DNA of 64,000 bases from Faecousia sp. (GCA_045602725.1 JAZSCE010000076.1:22919-86918), one strand, 5' to 3'; positions 27,601 to 36,704 are shown, counted from the stretch's first letter. Program-made: numbers and translations. The notes: a model not told the origin generated them from the sequence alone.

Positions 27601-30600
27601 TTCTGGCGGCATTTTGGTTCCTCAGATCGTTACCGAGCCCAAGACCGGCAAGGCTTACAAGTTCTTCCTGACTCAGAAGAATCTGGGCAAGACCCTGTAC
27701 CTGACCGGCGAGATGAACGGCTTCTACTTCGCTACCACCGAGTCTCACGAAGAGGCAGTTGATGTCTATGTTGAGAAGGTTACCGGCGGCTACCGTCTGT
27801 ACTTCAAGAATGGCAACGAGAAGAACTACATTGAAATGGCCCGCTCTGGAACCCATAACAATGTTATCTTCACCACCACTCCCACCAAGGTTCTGAAGTG
27901 GAATGCCGACATCCAGTCCTTCACCTGCGACCTGGATATCGACGGCGAGATCACCGATCTCTACTTCGGTACTTATGGCACCTACAGCACCTTTAGTGCT
28001 TCCAAGATTTCCTATGTTACCGGCGATAAGGCCGATACTATGGATGTCACCAACTTTGTTGCTCACCTGGCAACTATGAAGGAAGTCGCTGTTGTTCCCA
28101 CCGAGCCCACGACTCCTGCTACTAAGCCCACTACTCCCGCAACTAAGCCCACCACTCCCGTAGGTCCCACCACTCCCACTCAGAAGCCCACCGCTCCTGT
28201 TGTCAATCCTGACATTCCCACTACCGGCAAGGCATACAAATTCTTCCTGACTCAGAAGAATCTGGGCAAGACTCTGTATCTGACTGGCGAAATGCAGGGC
28301 TTCTACTTCGCTACCACTGAGAATGCGGCAGAAGCAGCCGATGTCTTTGTTGAGAAGGTTTCCGGCGGTTACCGCCTGTACTTCGTCAAGGATGGCGTTA
28401 AGAAATACATCGAAATGGCCCGCTCTGGAACCCATAACAATGTTATCTTCACCACCACTCCTGCAAAGACTCTGAAGTGGAATGCTGATATCAAGTCCTT
28501 CACTTGCGATTTGGATATCGACGGCGAGATCACTGATCTTTACTTTGGTACTTACGGCACCTATAGCACCTTCAGTGCATCCAAGATCTCCTATGTTACC
28601 GGCGAGAAGGCCGATACCATGGATGTATCCAACTTCGTTGCACGTCTGGCAGAAGTATCCGAGCCTCCCGTAGAGCCCACCACTCCTGCAACTCAGCCCA
28701 CTACTCCCGCAACTCAGCCCACTACTCCTCCTGCAACGCAGGCTACCGAGCCCACTCAGGCTCCCACTGAAGAGCCCACCGCAGCTCCTACCGAGCCCGC
28801 ACCCGGCATGACTATGCAGGAGATCGTTGACGCAGCTTACGAGCTGGCCAACGGCGCTTCTCTGGATGGTACCTACACTCTGACCGGTGTGATCACCAGA
28901 GTTCCTGAAGCATATAGCAGTCAGTATAGCAATGTAACTGTTGTTATTATCGTTGAGGGCCGTGAGGACAAGCCCATTACGTGCTACCGTATGAAGGGCG
29001 AGGGCGCTGATGTGATCAAGGTTGGTGATACCATCACTGTTACCGGCAGCATCAAGAATCACAACGGCACCTTCGAGTTTGCGCAGGGCTGCACTCTGGA
29101 TTCCTATGTTGTTGGCGTAGCGCCCGAGGATCCCACCGAGGGCATGACCATGCAGGAGCTGGTCGATTACGCTTACCAGCTGCCCATTGGTGGCTACATC
29201 GATGGCAAGACCCTGACCGGTGTTATTACCAGCGTTGATATTCCCTACAGCGATCAGTATGGCAATGTTACGGTTACCATCGTTGTTGAGGGTAGGGAAG
29301 ACAAGCCCATCGAGTGCTTCCGCCTGAAGGGCGAGGGCGCTGATGTGATTGCTGTTGGCGATACCATCACCGTCACCGGCAACCTGACCAACTACGAAGG
29401 CAAGATCGAGTTCACCTCCGGTTGTATTCTGGATTCCTATGTGAAGGCAGAGCCTCCCGTTGAGCCCACGACTCCCACCGAGCCTACCGTGGCTCCCACC
29501 GAGCCTACCGTGGCTCCCACCGAGGAACCCACGCAGGCTCCCACCGAGGAACCCACTGTCGCTCCTACTGAGCCTGTTGCTCCCAGCTATGAGCTGATTG
29601 GCCAGCCCAGTGTCGGCGTTGCCTACAAGTGGGCGGCTGATACCGGTAACGCAAAGGGCATCCTGACTTTCACCGGCACTACTGCTAACGCAGACTACCG
29701 TCTGGCCGTCTCCACCACTATGACCGATGGCGTCGATGTTTACGTCGAAGAGGTCACCGGTGGCTATCGGATGTACTTTATGTCCGGCGAGACCAAGACC
29801 TACATTGACATTTATCAGAACGGTACATATGTCAATGCCCGCCTGACCACCGAGCCCACTGCTGTGTTTGCCTGGAACAGCGAGTTCAACACCTTCGTGA
29901 CTGACATTGCTGGCACGGCTTGTTATCTGGGTACTTATACCAACAACAGCGGCACGACCTTCGACAATCTGAGCGCATCCAAGCTGAGCTATATGAATCC
30001 TGATAACGTTGACGTTACTCAGTTCCCCGCTCGCTTCTATGCACAGGCTGGTGCAGTTGAGCCTCAGCCTACTACTCCCGTAGTTCCCACCGAGCCCACG
30101 GTAGCCCCCACCGAGCCTACCGTGGCTCCCACGGAGCCCAGCGTTGCTCCTACCGAGCCCAGCGTTGCTCCTACCGAGCCCACTGTTGCTCCTACCGAGC
30201 CCGCAGCTGAGCCCGTATACAGCAAGATTACCACTCTGGCTGAGTTGACTACCGGCAAGTATGTTATGGTCGTCAGCAGTGGCCATGCTCCCACGACCCT
30301 GAGCGGCAATTGGGTGCTGTCCGGTATGCCCACTGTTTCCGGTGATGAGATTACTGTTGCCAATGCAGCCGGCTATATCTGGGATCTGACTGTCAGTGGT
30401 ACTTCCGTTGTACTGAAGGATTCCAATGGCGTGAGTATCAAGCCCAAGGGTGGCAACGAAAACGGCATTGCGAGCGGCACATACAGCTGGACAGTTTCCT
30501 GTACCAACGGCACTTTCCAGTTCAAGGGCACTGGCTCTGATACCACCACTCTCGCTGCAAATAAGGTTTCGAGCTACAAATTCCGTGCTTACAAGAATAC

Positions 30601-32266
30601 CACAGCAAATGACACTACCGGCTATCCCAGCGCATTCACTCTGTACAAGCTGGTAGAGGGTACTGTTGTAGAGCCCACGACTCCTACTGAGCCTACTCAG
30701 GAACCCACTCAGGCTCCTACCGAGGCTCCCACTACCGCTCCCACCGAGCCCGGTACTGAGATGACTATGCAGGAGATCGTTGACGCAGCTTACGAGCTGG
30801 CAAAAGGCGCTTCTCTGGATGGCACCTACACCCTGACCGGTGTGATCACCAGAGTGTCTGAACCTTATAACAGCCAGTACAGTAATGTTACCGTCGTTAT
30901 TACCATTGCAGGCCGTGAGGACAAGCCTATCACTTGCTACCACATGAAGGGCACCGGCGCGGATGTGATCGCTGCTGGCGATACCATCACCGTTACCGGT
31001 ACGATTACGAACTACAATGGCACCATTGAGTTCGCCTCTGGCTGTGCGCTGGATTCCTATGTTAAGGGCGTTGCCCCTGAGGATCCCTATGCCGGTATGA
31101 CCATGCAGGAGCTGGTCGATGCTGCATACGCTCTGGAAGCAGGCAAGTACATTGACGGCAAGACCCTGACCGGTAAGATCACCAGTGTCGATGAAGCTTA
31201 CAATCAACAGTATAAGAACGTTACCGTTACCATCGTTGTTGAGGGTAAGGAAGACAAGCCCATCCAGTGCTATCATCTGAAGGGCAATGGCGCCGATATG
31301 ATCGGCGTTGGCGATACCATCACTGTTACCGGCAACCTGACCAACTACAAGGGCAACAAGATCGAGTTCGATTTCTGCACCCTGGATTCCTATACCAAGG
31401 AACAGAACGGCGGTGAGCTGGACCCTAGTGATATCAACTACGTTTACGGCAGTGCAAGTGGTTACAACAATGTAATCAAGAACTGGGGCGAGCGTGGCGT
31501 AGTTGCGACTGGTCTGTCTCCCAATGCCAAGAAGTTCTACACCGACAACAACACTTCCTACAGCACTCTGTCCGCTCTGTCCGGCAGCGCTACTGTTTCC
31601 AGCGTTCCCAGCAGCGCACTGTACAGCGAGCTGCAGGAGCTGATGGTGGAAAACCACACCAAGCAGACTTCCTACGGTGACACTCGCGATCTGTACTGCT
31701 TCACCGATTGTGAGAATTCTGACGATTCCAGCATTTCCTGCTTCTACTCCGGCACGGCTATCGGTCCCGACTGGGACAACGGTACCACCTGGAACCGTGA
31801 GCACTGCTGGCCCAAGAGCAAGACTCCTGCCGGCGATGCTGACAATGGCAGCACCGGCGAGGTTGGCGACATTATGACCCTGCGTCCTACCAAGTCCAAC
31901 ATCAACTCCAGCCGTGGCAATAAGGCTTACGGCCAGAGCAGCAGCTATTACAATCCCAATGGCAGCCTGGGCAGCACCGGTTATGACCTGCGTGGCGATG
32001 TAGCCCGTATTGTGCTGTACAACTATGTCCGCTGGGGCAATACCTCCAAGATGTGGGGTACCGATGGCGTTATGGAGAGCAAAGATGTCCTGCTGGATTG
32101 GATCGAGGCTGACCCCGTTGACACTTGGGAACTGGGCCGTAACGACTCTGTTGAGTCCATCACCGGCACCCGTAATGTCTTTGTTGACTATCCCGAGCTG
32201 GCCTTCGTCCTGTTCGGTGAGACTGTTCCCACCACTATGCAGACTCCTTCCAAGGCAGCTGCTTAA
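24632..32266 (+). CDS. Giant membrane-anchored repetitive surface nuclease (about 9 OB-fold-like repeats, Pro/Thr linkers, C-terminal endonuclease I/Bsn domain)
   Basis: N-term TM; repeats LTGxIT...NVTVTI...PIxCYR...GDTITVTG...YNGxIEF; C-term WNREHCWPKS, NSSRGNK, RGDVAR, LLDW...DPVD..E..RND...RNVFVDYPE. Confidence 0.88.
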   Translation: MKKIIIWSLIIALLLGIGVGAFLYFGKNEPSTETPGTSNAVTKADLEAALAYIKTVYKNPSEKTPRDFQRIANVPVNGQNIEVVWSVDVGEEHVKVVKGENGMVTIDVNENSAQDIKYVLTATISNTDGESVSHSWNHLLPMVNNDMAAIVEEAYQLEVGASMDYEVTLTGVITRVNTAYDPNYQNITVTIEVAGAEGKPIECYRLKGEGADTLQIGDTITVTGTLKNYNGKIEFDQGCVLDEVIKGEAVDAPTDALQILKEAYALEDGKALPYVATLTGKITTINSVYNPAYGNVSVTIVVDGNTDYPILCYRIAGEGADNLLIGDTITVKGYICNYAGKIEFEQGSQLIKVEKTGTEIEAPTDVNEILNAAFGLADGETLPYKATLTGVITKIKTPYDPGYKNVTVAIKVNGKTIECYRLAGEGADKIGEKDTITVTGYLMNYHGTVQFAQGCTLDSWKDTGTDVPPEDENISASTVVAEIVSKPKTGTAYKFFLHQKTLGKNLYLTGNMDGFYFETSADHTEAIDVFVEEVSGGYRLYFKKNGVKNYIEVLRQFSDSTGKYHNNVVFTTKPTKVLKWNDTIKSFTCELDVDGTATTFYFGTYSSYQTMSASDIAKVTGENASTLEETNFVAHLATLKETKVSAEEKAFEELKSDYPATQNPANVTESFTRRAYYTVEGKKVQIKWTTDNKSVKIVDNGNGTVTVKIARGEEVTNFKLTATITGDDETFTTSWDYKIPAKPSEDVPELPTKDGATITIEQALIYGAELDEYTTIKYKVTGKIFKVYNTQYGNMYITDEKGNVLTIYGTYNADGTVRYDEMEVKPVAGDTITVYGSLGQYNGTAQIKNGWIVDHIPGTGEEEDDDKPEMTMQEIVDAAYDLAPGGMLLEDHTLTGIITSVDTPYSDQYGNVTVTIQVAGRENKPIKCYRLAGKGADKINVGDTITVTGILKNYNGTIEFDQGCTLDSYVKGENPPPTEPTTPATQPTTPSGGILVPQIVTEPKTGKAYKFFLTQKNLGKTLYLTGEMNGFYFATTESHEEAVDVYVEKVTGGYRLYFKNGNEKNYIEMARSGTHNNVIFTTTPTKVLKWNADIQSFTCDLDIDGEITDLYFGTYGTYSTFSASKISYVTGDKADTMDVTNFVAHLATMKEVAVVPTEPTTPATKPTTPATKPTTPVGPTTPTQKPTAPVVNPDIPTTGKAYKFFLTQKNLGKTLYLTGEMQGFYFATTENAAEAADVFVEKVSGGYRLYFVKDGVKKYIEMARSGTHNNVIFTTTPAKTLKWNADIKSFTCDLDIDGEITDLYFGTYGTYSTFSASKISYVTGEKADTMDVSNFVARLAEVSEPPVEPTTPATQPTTPATQPTTPPATQATEPTQAPTEEPTAAPTEPAPGMTMQEIVDAAYELANGASLDGTYTLTGVITRVPEAYSSQYSNVTVVIIVEGREDKPITCYRMKGEGADVIKVGDTITVTGSIKNHNGTFEFAQGCTLDSYVVGVAPEDPTEGMTMQELVDYAYQLPIGGYIDGKTLTGVITSVDIPYSDQYGNVTVTIVVEGREDKPIECFRLKGEGADVIAVGDTITVTGNLTNYEGKIEFTSGCILDSYVKAEPPVEPTTPTEPTVAPTEPTVAPTEEPTQAPTEEPTVAPTEPVAPSYELIGQPSVGVAYKWAADTGNAKGILTFTGTTANADYRLAVSTTMTDGVDVYVEEVTGGYRMYFMSGETKTYIDIYQNGTYVNARLTTEPTAVFAWNSEFNTFVTDIAGTACYLGTYTNNSGTTFDNLSASKLSYMNPDNVDVTQFPARFYAQAGAVEPQPTTPVVPTEPTVAPTEPTVAPTEPSVAPTEPSVAPTEPTVAPTEPAAEPVYSKITTLAELTTGKYVMVVSSGHAPTTLSGNWVLSGMPTVSGDEITVANAAGYIWDLTVSGTSVVLKDSNGVSIKPKGGNENGIASGTYSWTVSCTNGTFQFKGTGSDTTTLAANKVSSYKFRAYKNTTANDTTGYPSAFTLYKLVEGTVVEPTTPTEPTQEPTQAPTEAPTTAPTEPGTEMTMQEIVDAAYELAKGASLDGTYTLTGVITRVSEPYNSQYSNVTVVITIAGREDKPITCYHMKGTGADVIAAGDTITVTGTITNYNGTIEFASGCALDSYVKGVAPEDPYAGMTMQELVDAAYALEAGKYIDGKTLTGKITSVDEAYNQQYKNVTVTIVVEGKEDKPIQCYHLKGNGADMIGVGDTITVTGNLTNYKGNKIEFDFCTLDSYTKEQNGGELDPSDINYVYGSASGYNNVIKNWGERGVVATGLSPNAKKFYTDNNTSYSTLSALSGSATVSSVPSSALYSELQELMVENHTKQTSYGDTRDLYCFTDCENSDDSSISCFYSGTAIGPDWDNGTTWNREHCWPKSKTPAGDADNGSTGEVGDIMTLRPTKSNINSSRGNKAYGQSSSYYNPNGSLGSTGYDLRGDVARIVLYNYVRWGNTSKMWGTDGVMESKDVLLDWIEADPVDTWELGRNDSVESITGTRNVFVDYPELAFVLFGETVPTTMQTPSKAAA
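27630..28660 (+). repeat. Intragenic duplication of a ~145-aa beta-rich module (two near-identical copies; divergent copies near 26080 and 29590)
   Basis: TGKAYKFFLTQKNLGKTLYLTGEM...MDVxNFVA repeated with long DNA identities; boundaries approximate. Confidence 0.85.
28807..31398 (+). repeat. Intragenic duplication of an OB-repeat pair (about 28807-29450 vs 30759-31398)
   Basis: ATGACTATGCAGGAGATCGTTGACGCAGCTTACGAGCTGGC is shared verbatim. Confidence 0.8.
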
Positions 32267-32280
32267 TCGCAAAACCTAAT

Positions 32281-32316
32281 AAAAAATCCCAAGGGTGAAA
32301 ACCCTTGGGATTTTTT
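32281..32316. terminator. Bidirectional intrinsic terminator
   Basis: AAAAAATCCCAAGGGT-GAAA-ACCCTTGGGATTTTTT between convergent operons. Confidence 0.9.
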
Positions 32317-32317
32317 A

Positions 32318-33040
32318 TTAACCTTTTAAGTGTTTTATTTTTTCGTATACAGCCGGGTCTGCCCGGTCAATGGTCAGGGGCATAATGGAAATATAGCCGC
32401 TCATTACGCAATCACTGTCTAATGTCAGGTCATTCTGATTTTTGTACACACATTTGCCGTGGGGCATATACATATCGTTTCCCTCGTGAATGAAATCATC
32501 GGAGTAGAAATGACCGCCCTGGCGGGTGATACGAATGCCCTTGGCATCGGGCACAACATTGACATTATACACATCGCACAGCTCCATCAGCTTGTGCTTG
32601 CAGAAGAATTCCAAAACCTGATCCAGCGGCTCGGTGGCACGATCATAAAACTCAGGTCCGGTGGAGATTGCTACAGCCTTCAGACCCAGTGAAACTGCCT
32701 CAAATACAGCGCCGGCTGTGCCGGAGTACATAATGTCACAGCCCATATTGAAGCCCCGGTTGATACCGGAGATCACAAGATCAAACTGCATTTTCATACC
32801 CAGCACGGCGTAACGGATGCAGTCGGCAGGAGAGGAGTCCACCGTGTAGGCCGTCAGCCCCGGCTCCAGCTCCACTTGCTTGACTTCGAAGGGCTTGTGC
32901 AGCTCGATGCTTTGGCTCTTGCCACTTTGTTCATATTTTGGGACGACAACGGTGACCTCTCCCAGTTTTTGGCACCACTTTACCAGCGGTATCAGCTGGG
33001 GAGCGCTGATACTATCGTCGTTTACAACCAGTATTCTCAT
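32318..33040 (-). CDS. surE: 5'/3'-nucleotidase SurE
   Basis: MRILVVNDD, EQSGKS, SPADC, VISGINRGFN, YSGTAGAVFEA; ATGA overlap with the upstream gene. Confidence 0.93.
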   Translation of the reverse strand: MRILVVNDDSISAPQLIPLVKWCQKLGEVTVVVPKYEQSGKSQSIELHKPFEVKQVELEPGLTAYTVDSSPADCIRYAVLGMKMQFDLVISGINRGFNMGCDIMYSGTAGAVFEAVSLGLKAVAISTGPEFYDRATEPLDQVLEFFCKHKLMELCDVYNVNVVPDAKGIRITRQGGHFYSDDFIHEGNDMYMPHGKCVYKNQNDLTLDSDCVMSGYISIMPLTIDRADPAVYEKIKHLKG

Positions 33041-34023
33041 AACCAATCCTCGTGCGTTTCCTTGTATTCCTTGACCAGTGCGTCGGTTTCACGGATCAGC
33101 ATATTCATCTCGGCTTTGCTGTGTACTGTGGCGCCGCTGGCACAGGCGTGACCGCCGCCATTGTACTTTTCAGCGATGGAATTGATGTGAACGAAGCGGG
33201 AGCGCAGACGGACCCGGATGGCGCCGTCGGCATTGCCGGTATCAATAAATACGATCCAGCTGATGCAGCCACGAATCTTATCCATTGTGTTGACGCAGGC
33301 GCTGGCCTCTTCCATGGTCAAGCCGAATTTCTCCTGCATTTCCTTATCCACATACAGATACGCAACACCATGCTCGGTGACCTGCATGTGCTCGTAAATA
33401 TAGGCTTTGAACTTGTAGTAGGAGAAGTCCTCCAAATATAGCTGGGCGAAGAGCATATCCGTATTGATGCCGGCATCCAGCAGGGTTGCTGCGGCACGCA
33501 GCGTATCGCCGTTGACACCCGCGTACTTGAAACGGCCGGAATCCGTCACCATACCGGTGTACAGATAGGTCGCGGCCTCGCTGGTCAGCACCAGCTCATC
33601 GCTGAAGGTTTGATAAAAGTCTGCCACCAGCTCGCAGCAGGAGGAGCGCTCTTCCTCAACCCACACGATGTCGCCATAGCTTTCAACGGGAATGTGATGG
33701 TCAATCTTGATCAGTTCCTTACAGCGCTTATAGTTCTTGTTGGAAATCCGGGCTTCCGATGCGGTGTCCAGCACGATGCCCAAAGCATCGTCATAGAGCG
33801 TCTCATCCACAGCCGCATCCTCGGGGCCCAGGAATTTCAAATACTCGGTGTTGTCATCGTCAATCAGGTAGATTTCCTTTTCCGGAAAGCTGGCGATAAG
33901 GATTGCCTTAAGGCCTTTTGTAGCGCCAACGCAATCGCCATCGTTGCGCACATGCCGGAACAGAAAAATCCGGTCATATTCCTTGATTTTCTCTAAAATT
34001 TCTCTTTTTATCTCAAAATTCAT
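33037..34023 (-). CDS. nrnA: DHH/DHHA1 oligoribonuclease / pAp phosphatase (NrnA-like), copy B
   Basis: HVRNDGD, IDHH, TDSGRF, RVRLRS, GGGHACASG. Confidence 0.88.
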   Translation of the reverse strand: MNFEIKREILEKIKEYDRIFLFRHVRNDGDCVGATKGLKAILIASFPEKEIYLIDDDNTEYLKFLGPEDAAVDETLYDDALGIVLDTASEARISNKNYKRCKELIKIDHHIPVESYGDIVWVEEERSSCCELVADFYQTFSDELVLTSEAATYLYTGMVTDSGRFKYAGVNGDTLRAAATLLDAGINTDMLFAQLYLEDFSYYKFKAYIYEHMQVTEHGVAYLYVDKEMQEKFGLTMEEASACVNTMDKIRGCISWIVFIDTGNADGAIRVRLRSRFVHINSIAEKYNGGGHACASGATVHSKAEMNMLIRETDALVKEYKETHEDWL

Positions 34024-34961
34024 TTGCTTTCTCCAATCATAGCGTCCAGGTCAGCCAGCATTGCCATAGCGGTGGCTTTGTCTGCAACGGTTGCGCCGCT
34101 GGCCTTGGCGTGACCGCCGCCGCCGTACTTGACAGCAATGGGGTTGATATTGTACTTGCTGGAGCGAAGCTCGCACAGTACGCCCTTTTCGGTTTCCGTA
34201 AAGTTGACCCAAATATCTACACCCTTGGTGTCGGACATAGTGCCCACCATACCCCGCGATACGGTAAAGGTATCCACATTCAGCGCTGCCAGCTCTTCCC
34301 GTGTGGTGTAGATGTAGGCAACATTATTTTCGGTGAAGTTGATCTTCAGTATGAACTTTGCCTTCAGCAGCTTGGAGGAGAAATCATCGGCGTATAGCGT
34401 GCGGTACAGTTCGTTGGTATCAATGGGGTGCTCCATCAGCTTGGATGCCAGCCGGAAGGTGCGGGAATTGGTGCTGTCATAGCGGAAGCGGCCGGAATCG
34501 GTGATCATACCGGTGAACAGCGCTTTGGATGCCTGCAGATTCAGCTTCAGATCGCATTGGATCGCAAATTCCGTGATCAGACCGCAGCAGCTTTCAAAAC
34601 TGGTATCGATGATTTCCAAATCTGCGATTTCTTCGCAGAAAATGTGGTGATCAAAGCGGATGGTCTTGGCTGCCAATGCGTAACGCTCATCGTTGATCAT
34701 AGATATAGAGCCGCAGTCCAGGATGATCGCCAGTGCGCCTTCATAGGTGCTGTCGGGGATCTCATCCATTTGGCTGCCTTCGATAAAGCCGTAAAATCCG
34801 GGATTATCGCCAACCACATACACCTGCTTAGCGGGGAAGTTCTCCTGAATAATCTGCTTCATACCTACCTGGCTGCCAATAGCATCGCCATCGGGCCGAC
34901 CGTGACGGTGGATAATGATGGTGTCAAATTCTTCAATTGTTTTTAGAATTTCTTGAAACAT
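34020..34961 (-). CDS. nrnA: DHH/DHHA1 oligoribonuclease / pAp phosphatase (NrnA-like), copy A
   Basis: HGRPDGDAIGS, FDHH, TDSGRF, ELRS, GGGHAKASG; RBS GAGGT. Confidence 0.9.
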   Translation of the reverse strand: MFQEILKTIEEFDTIIIHRHGRPDGDAIGSQVGMKQIIQENFPAKQVYVVGDNPGFYGFIEGSQMDEIPDSTYEGALAIILDCGSISMINDERYALAAKTIRFDHHIFCEEIADLEIIDTSFESCCGLITEFAIQCDLKLNLQASKALFTGMITDSGRFRYDSTNSRTFRLASKLMEHPIDTNELYRTLYADDFSSKLLKAKFILKINFTENNVAYIYTTREELAALNVDTFTVSRGMVGTMSDTKGVDIWVNFTETEKGVLCELRSSKYNINPIAVKYGGGGHAKASGATVADKATAMAMLADLDAMIGESK

Positions 34962-35059
34962 CGTAAACCTCACTTGTAAACGGCATCAAATTATCGTATA
35001 ATAAATCATAACATAAAACGACCGCTTACGCAATGTAAATATGATGAAAAACAGGTGAT

Positions 35060-35911
35060 TTGTTGGAAAACGAACATATTTTGCTGGTTGACGGCAGCAA
35101 TCTGCTGTTTCAGATGTTTTACGGTATGCCGGCACGGATCATTGGAAGGCAGGGGAAGCCCATCCAGGGCACGCTGGGCTTTGTGGGTGCGCTGCTGAAG
35201 ATGGTAAGAAAATTGCAGCCCACCCATTTGGCAGTGCTGTTTGACGGCGAAACGAAGAATCCAAGAGGGGATTTGGATGAAGGCTATAAAGCAAATCGGG
35301 AAGATCTGAGCTTGCTTCCTGAGGAAGAGACGCCATTTTCTCAATTGCCGGACGTGTATGCCGCGCTGGACTATTTGGGCATCTGCCACCGGGAAACCTT
35401 CGCGTGCGAAACAGACGATTGGATGGCATCCTATGCTCTGGGTTTGGGCAGGGAATACCGAATGACGCTGATGTCCCAGGACAGCGATTTCTTCCAGCTG
35501 ATTACAGACAGGGTATCTGTTCTGCGCTACCGGGGTGACAATTCCGTTGTGTGCGACTGCGCCTATATCCGGGAAAAGCTGGGCATTGAGCCGTGGCAAT
35601 ATGCAGATTTCAAAAGCTTGACCGGCGATGCATCTGACAATATCCGGGGTGCAGATAAGGTGGGGCCCAAAACAGCGGCTGCGCTGATGAATCAGTTTGG
35701 CTCACTGCAGAATCTTTTGGAAAATGCGGAGGATATTGCAAAACCCTCTATTCGGGCATCTATTCAGGCGAACAGAGAACGATTGCTGCGCAATCAAATG
35801 CTGATTCGCCTGGAACAGAAATATCCAGTGCCCTTTTCTATGGAGGAGATGGCCTATACATACGACGGACAGACCTCAACCCAAGTGCTGACGGCAATTG
35901 GCGTAAAATAA
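35060..35911 (+). CDS. Stand-alone 5'-3' exonuclease / flap endonuclease (PolA N-terminal-like)
   Basis: LLVDGSNLLF, LFDG, YKANR, ETDD, SQDSDFFQL, LTGDASDNIRG..KVGPKTA; no polymerase domain. Confidence 0.9.
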   Translation: MLENEHILLVDGSNLLFQMFYGMPARIIGRQGKPIQGTLGFVGALLKMVRKLQPTHLAVLFDGETKNPRGDLDEGYKANREDLSLLPEEETPFSQLPDVYAALDYLGICHRETFACETDDWMASYALGLGREYRMTLMSQDSDFFQLITDRVSVLRYRGDNSVVCDCAYIREKLGIEPWQYADFKSLTGDASDNIRGADKVGPKTAAALMNQFGSLQNLLENAEDIAKPSIRASIQANRERLLRNQMLIRLEQKYPVPFSMEEMAYTYDGQTSTQVLTAIGVK

Positions 35912-35938
35912 AACGGGAAGCAATTGCTTCCCGTTTTT
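35910..35938. terminator. Bidirectional terminator
   Basis: AAAACGGGAAGC-AATT-GCTTCCCGTTTT. Confidence 0.8.
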
Positions 35939-35941
35939 GCT

Positions 35942-36688
35942 TTATTTATTTTCCATTGCTACGGCCACATCCAGCGCAACTTTCATCATTGCGGTAAAGG
36001 CTGTCTGCCGCTCCTCAGAGGTGGTTTCCACGCCTTTGAGCACGTGGTCGGATATGGTGCAGATGCACAGCGCACGCTTGCCGTACCGGGCTGCGTTCAT
36101 ATATAGCGCGGCGGCTTCCATCTCCAGCGCCATAACGCCCATCTTCTTCAGGCCATATACGCTGTCCAAGCCCTCAGGCACGCCTGCGTGGTCACCATAG
36201 AACACATCGGAGGAATTGACATTACCCACGTGATAAGTGGCACCGGCGGCTTTGCAGGCCTCCACAGCGGCGCTGAGCAGCTCATAGGAGGCAATAGGAG
36301 CGAAAGTGCCAGGCAGATGGAACTGTGCGGCAAAATTGGAATCGGTGCAAGCGCCCTGAGCCAGGACCAACTCATACAGATTGATATGCTCCTGAATAGA
36401 GCCGGCGGAGCCGACACGGATGATATTTTCCACGCCGTAGCCGTTATAGAGTTCGTGAGAGTAAATGCCGATAGCGGGCATACCCATACCGGAAGCCATT
36501 ACGGAAACCTTAACGCCCTTGTAGTAGCCGGTATAGCCGTGGACACCACGGACATTGTTTACCAAAACGGGATTCTCCAGGAAGTTTTCAGCAATAAACT
36601 TGGAGCGCAGGGGATCGCCGGGCATCAGAACGGTCTTGCCGAAATCGCCGGGCTTGGCGCTGATGTGGGGGGTAGGTGTGTGTAACAT
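35942..36688 (-). CDS. deoD: Purine nucleoside phosphorylase (hexameric DeoD type)
   Basis: PTPHI, VLMPGDPLR, SGMGMP, IIRVGSAG, LEMEAA, TISDH; RBS AGGAGG. Confidence 0.96.
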   Translation of the reverse strand: MLHTPTPHISAKPGDFGKTVLMPGDPLRSKFIAENFLENPVLVNNVRGVHGYTGYYKGVKVSVMASGMGMPAIGIYSHELYNGYGVENIIRVGSAGSIQEHINLYELVLAQGACTDSNFAAQFHLPGTFAPIASYELLSAAVEACKAAGATYHVGNVNSSDVFYGDHAGVPEGLDSVYGLKKMGVMALEMEAAALYMNAARYGKRALCICTISDHVLKGVETTSEERQTAFTAMMKVALDVAVAMENK

Positions 36689-36704
36689 AGTATTGTCCTC
36701 CTGA

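Noticed and set aside
30080-30210. 21-bp tandem repeats that could be mistaken for a CRISPR array
   Set aside because: In-frame Pro/Thr linker coding repeats with no unique spacers; no cas genes in the window.
26291-32272. 1993-aa antisense ORF (and 24617-26200) opposite the giant nuclease
   Set aside because: It mirrors the sense frame. The sense gene rarely uses TTA/CTA/TCA codons, which removes antisense stops; there is no recognisable domain.
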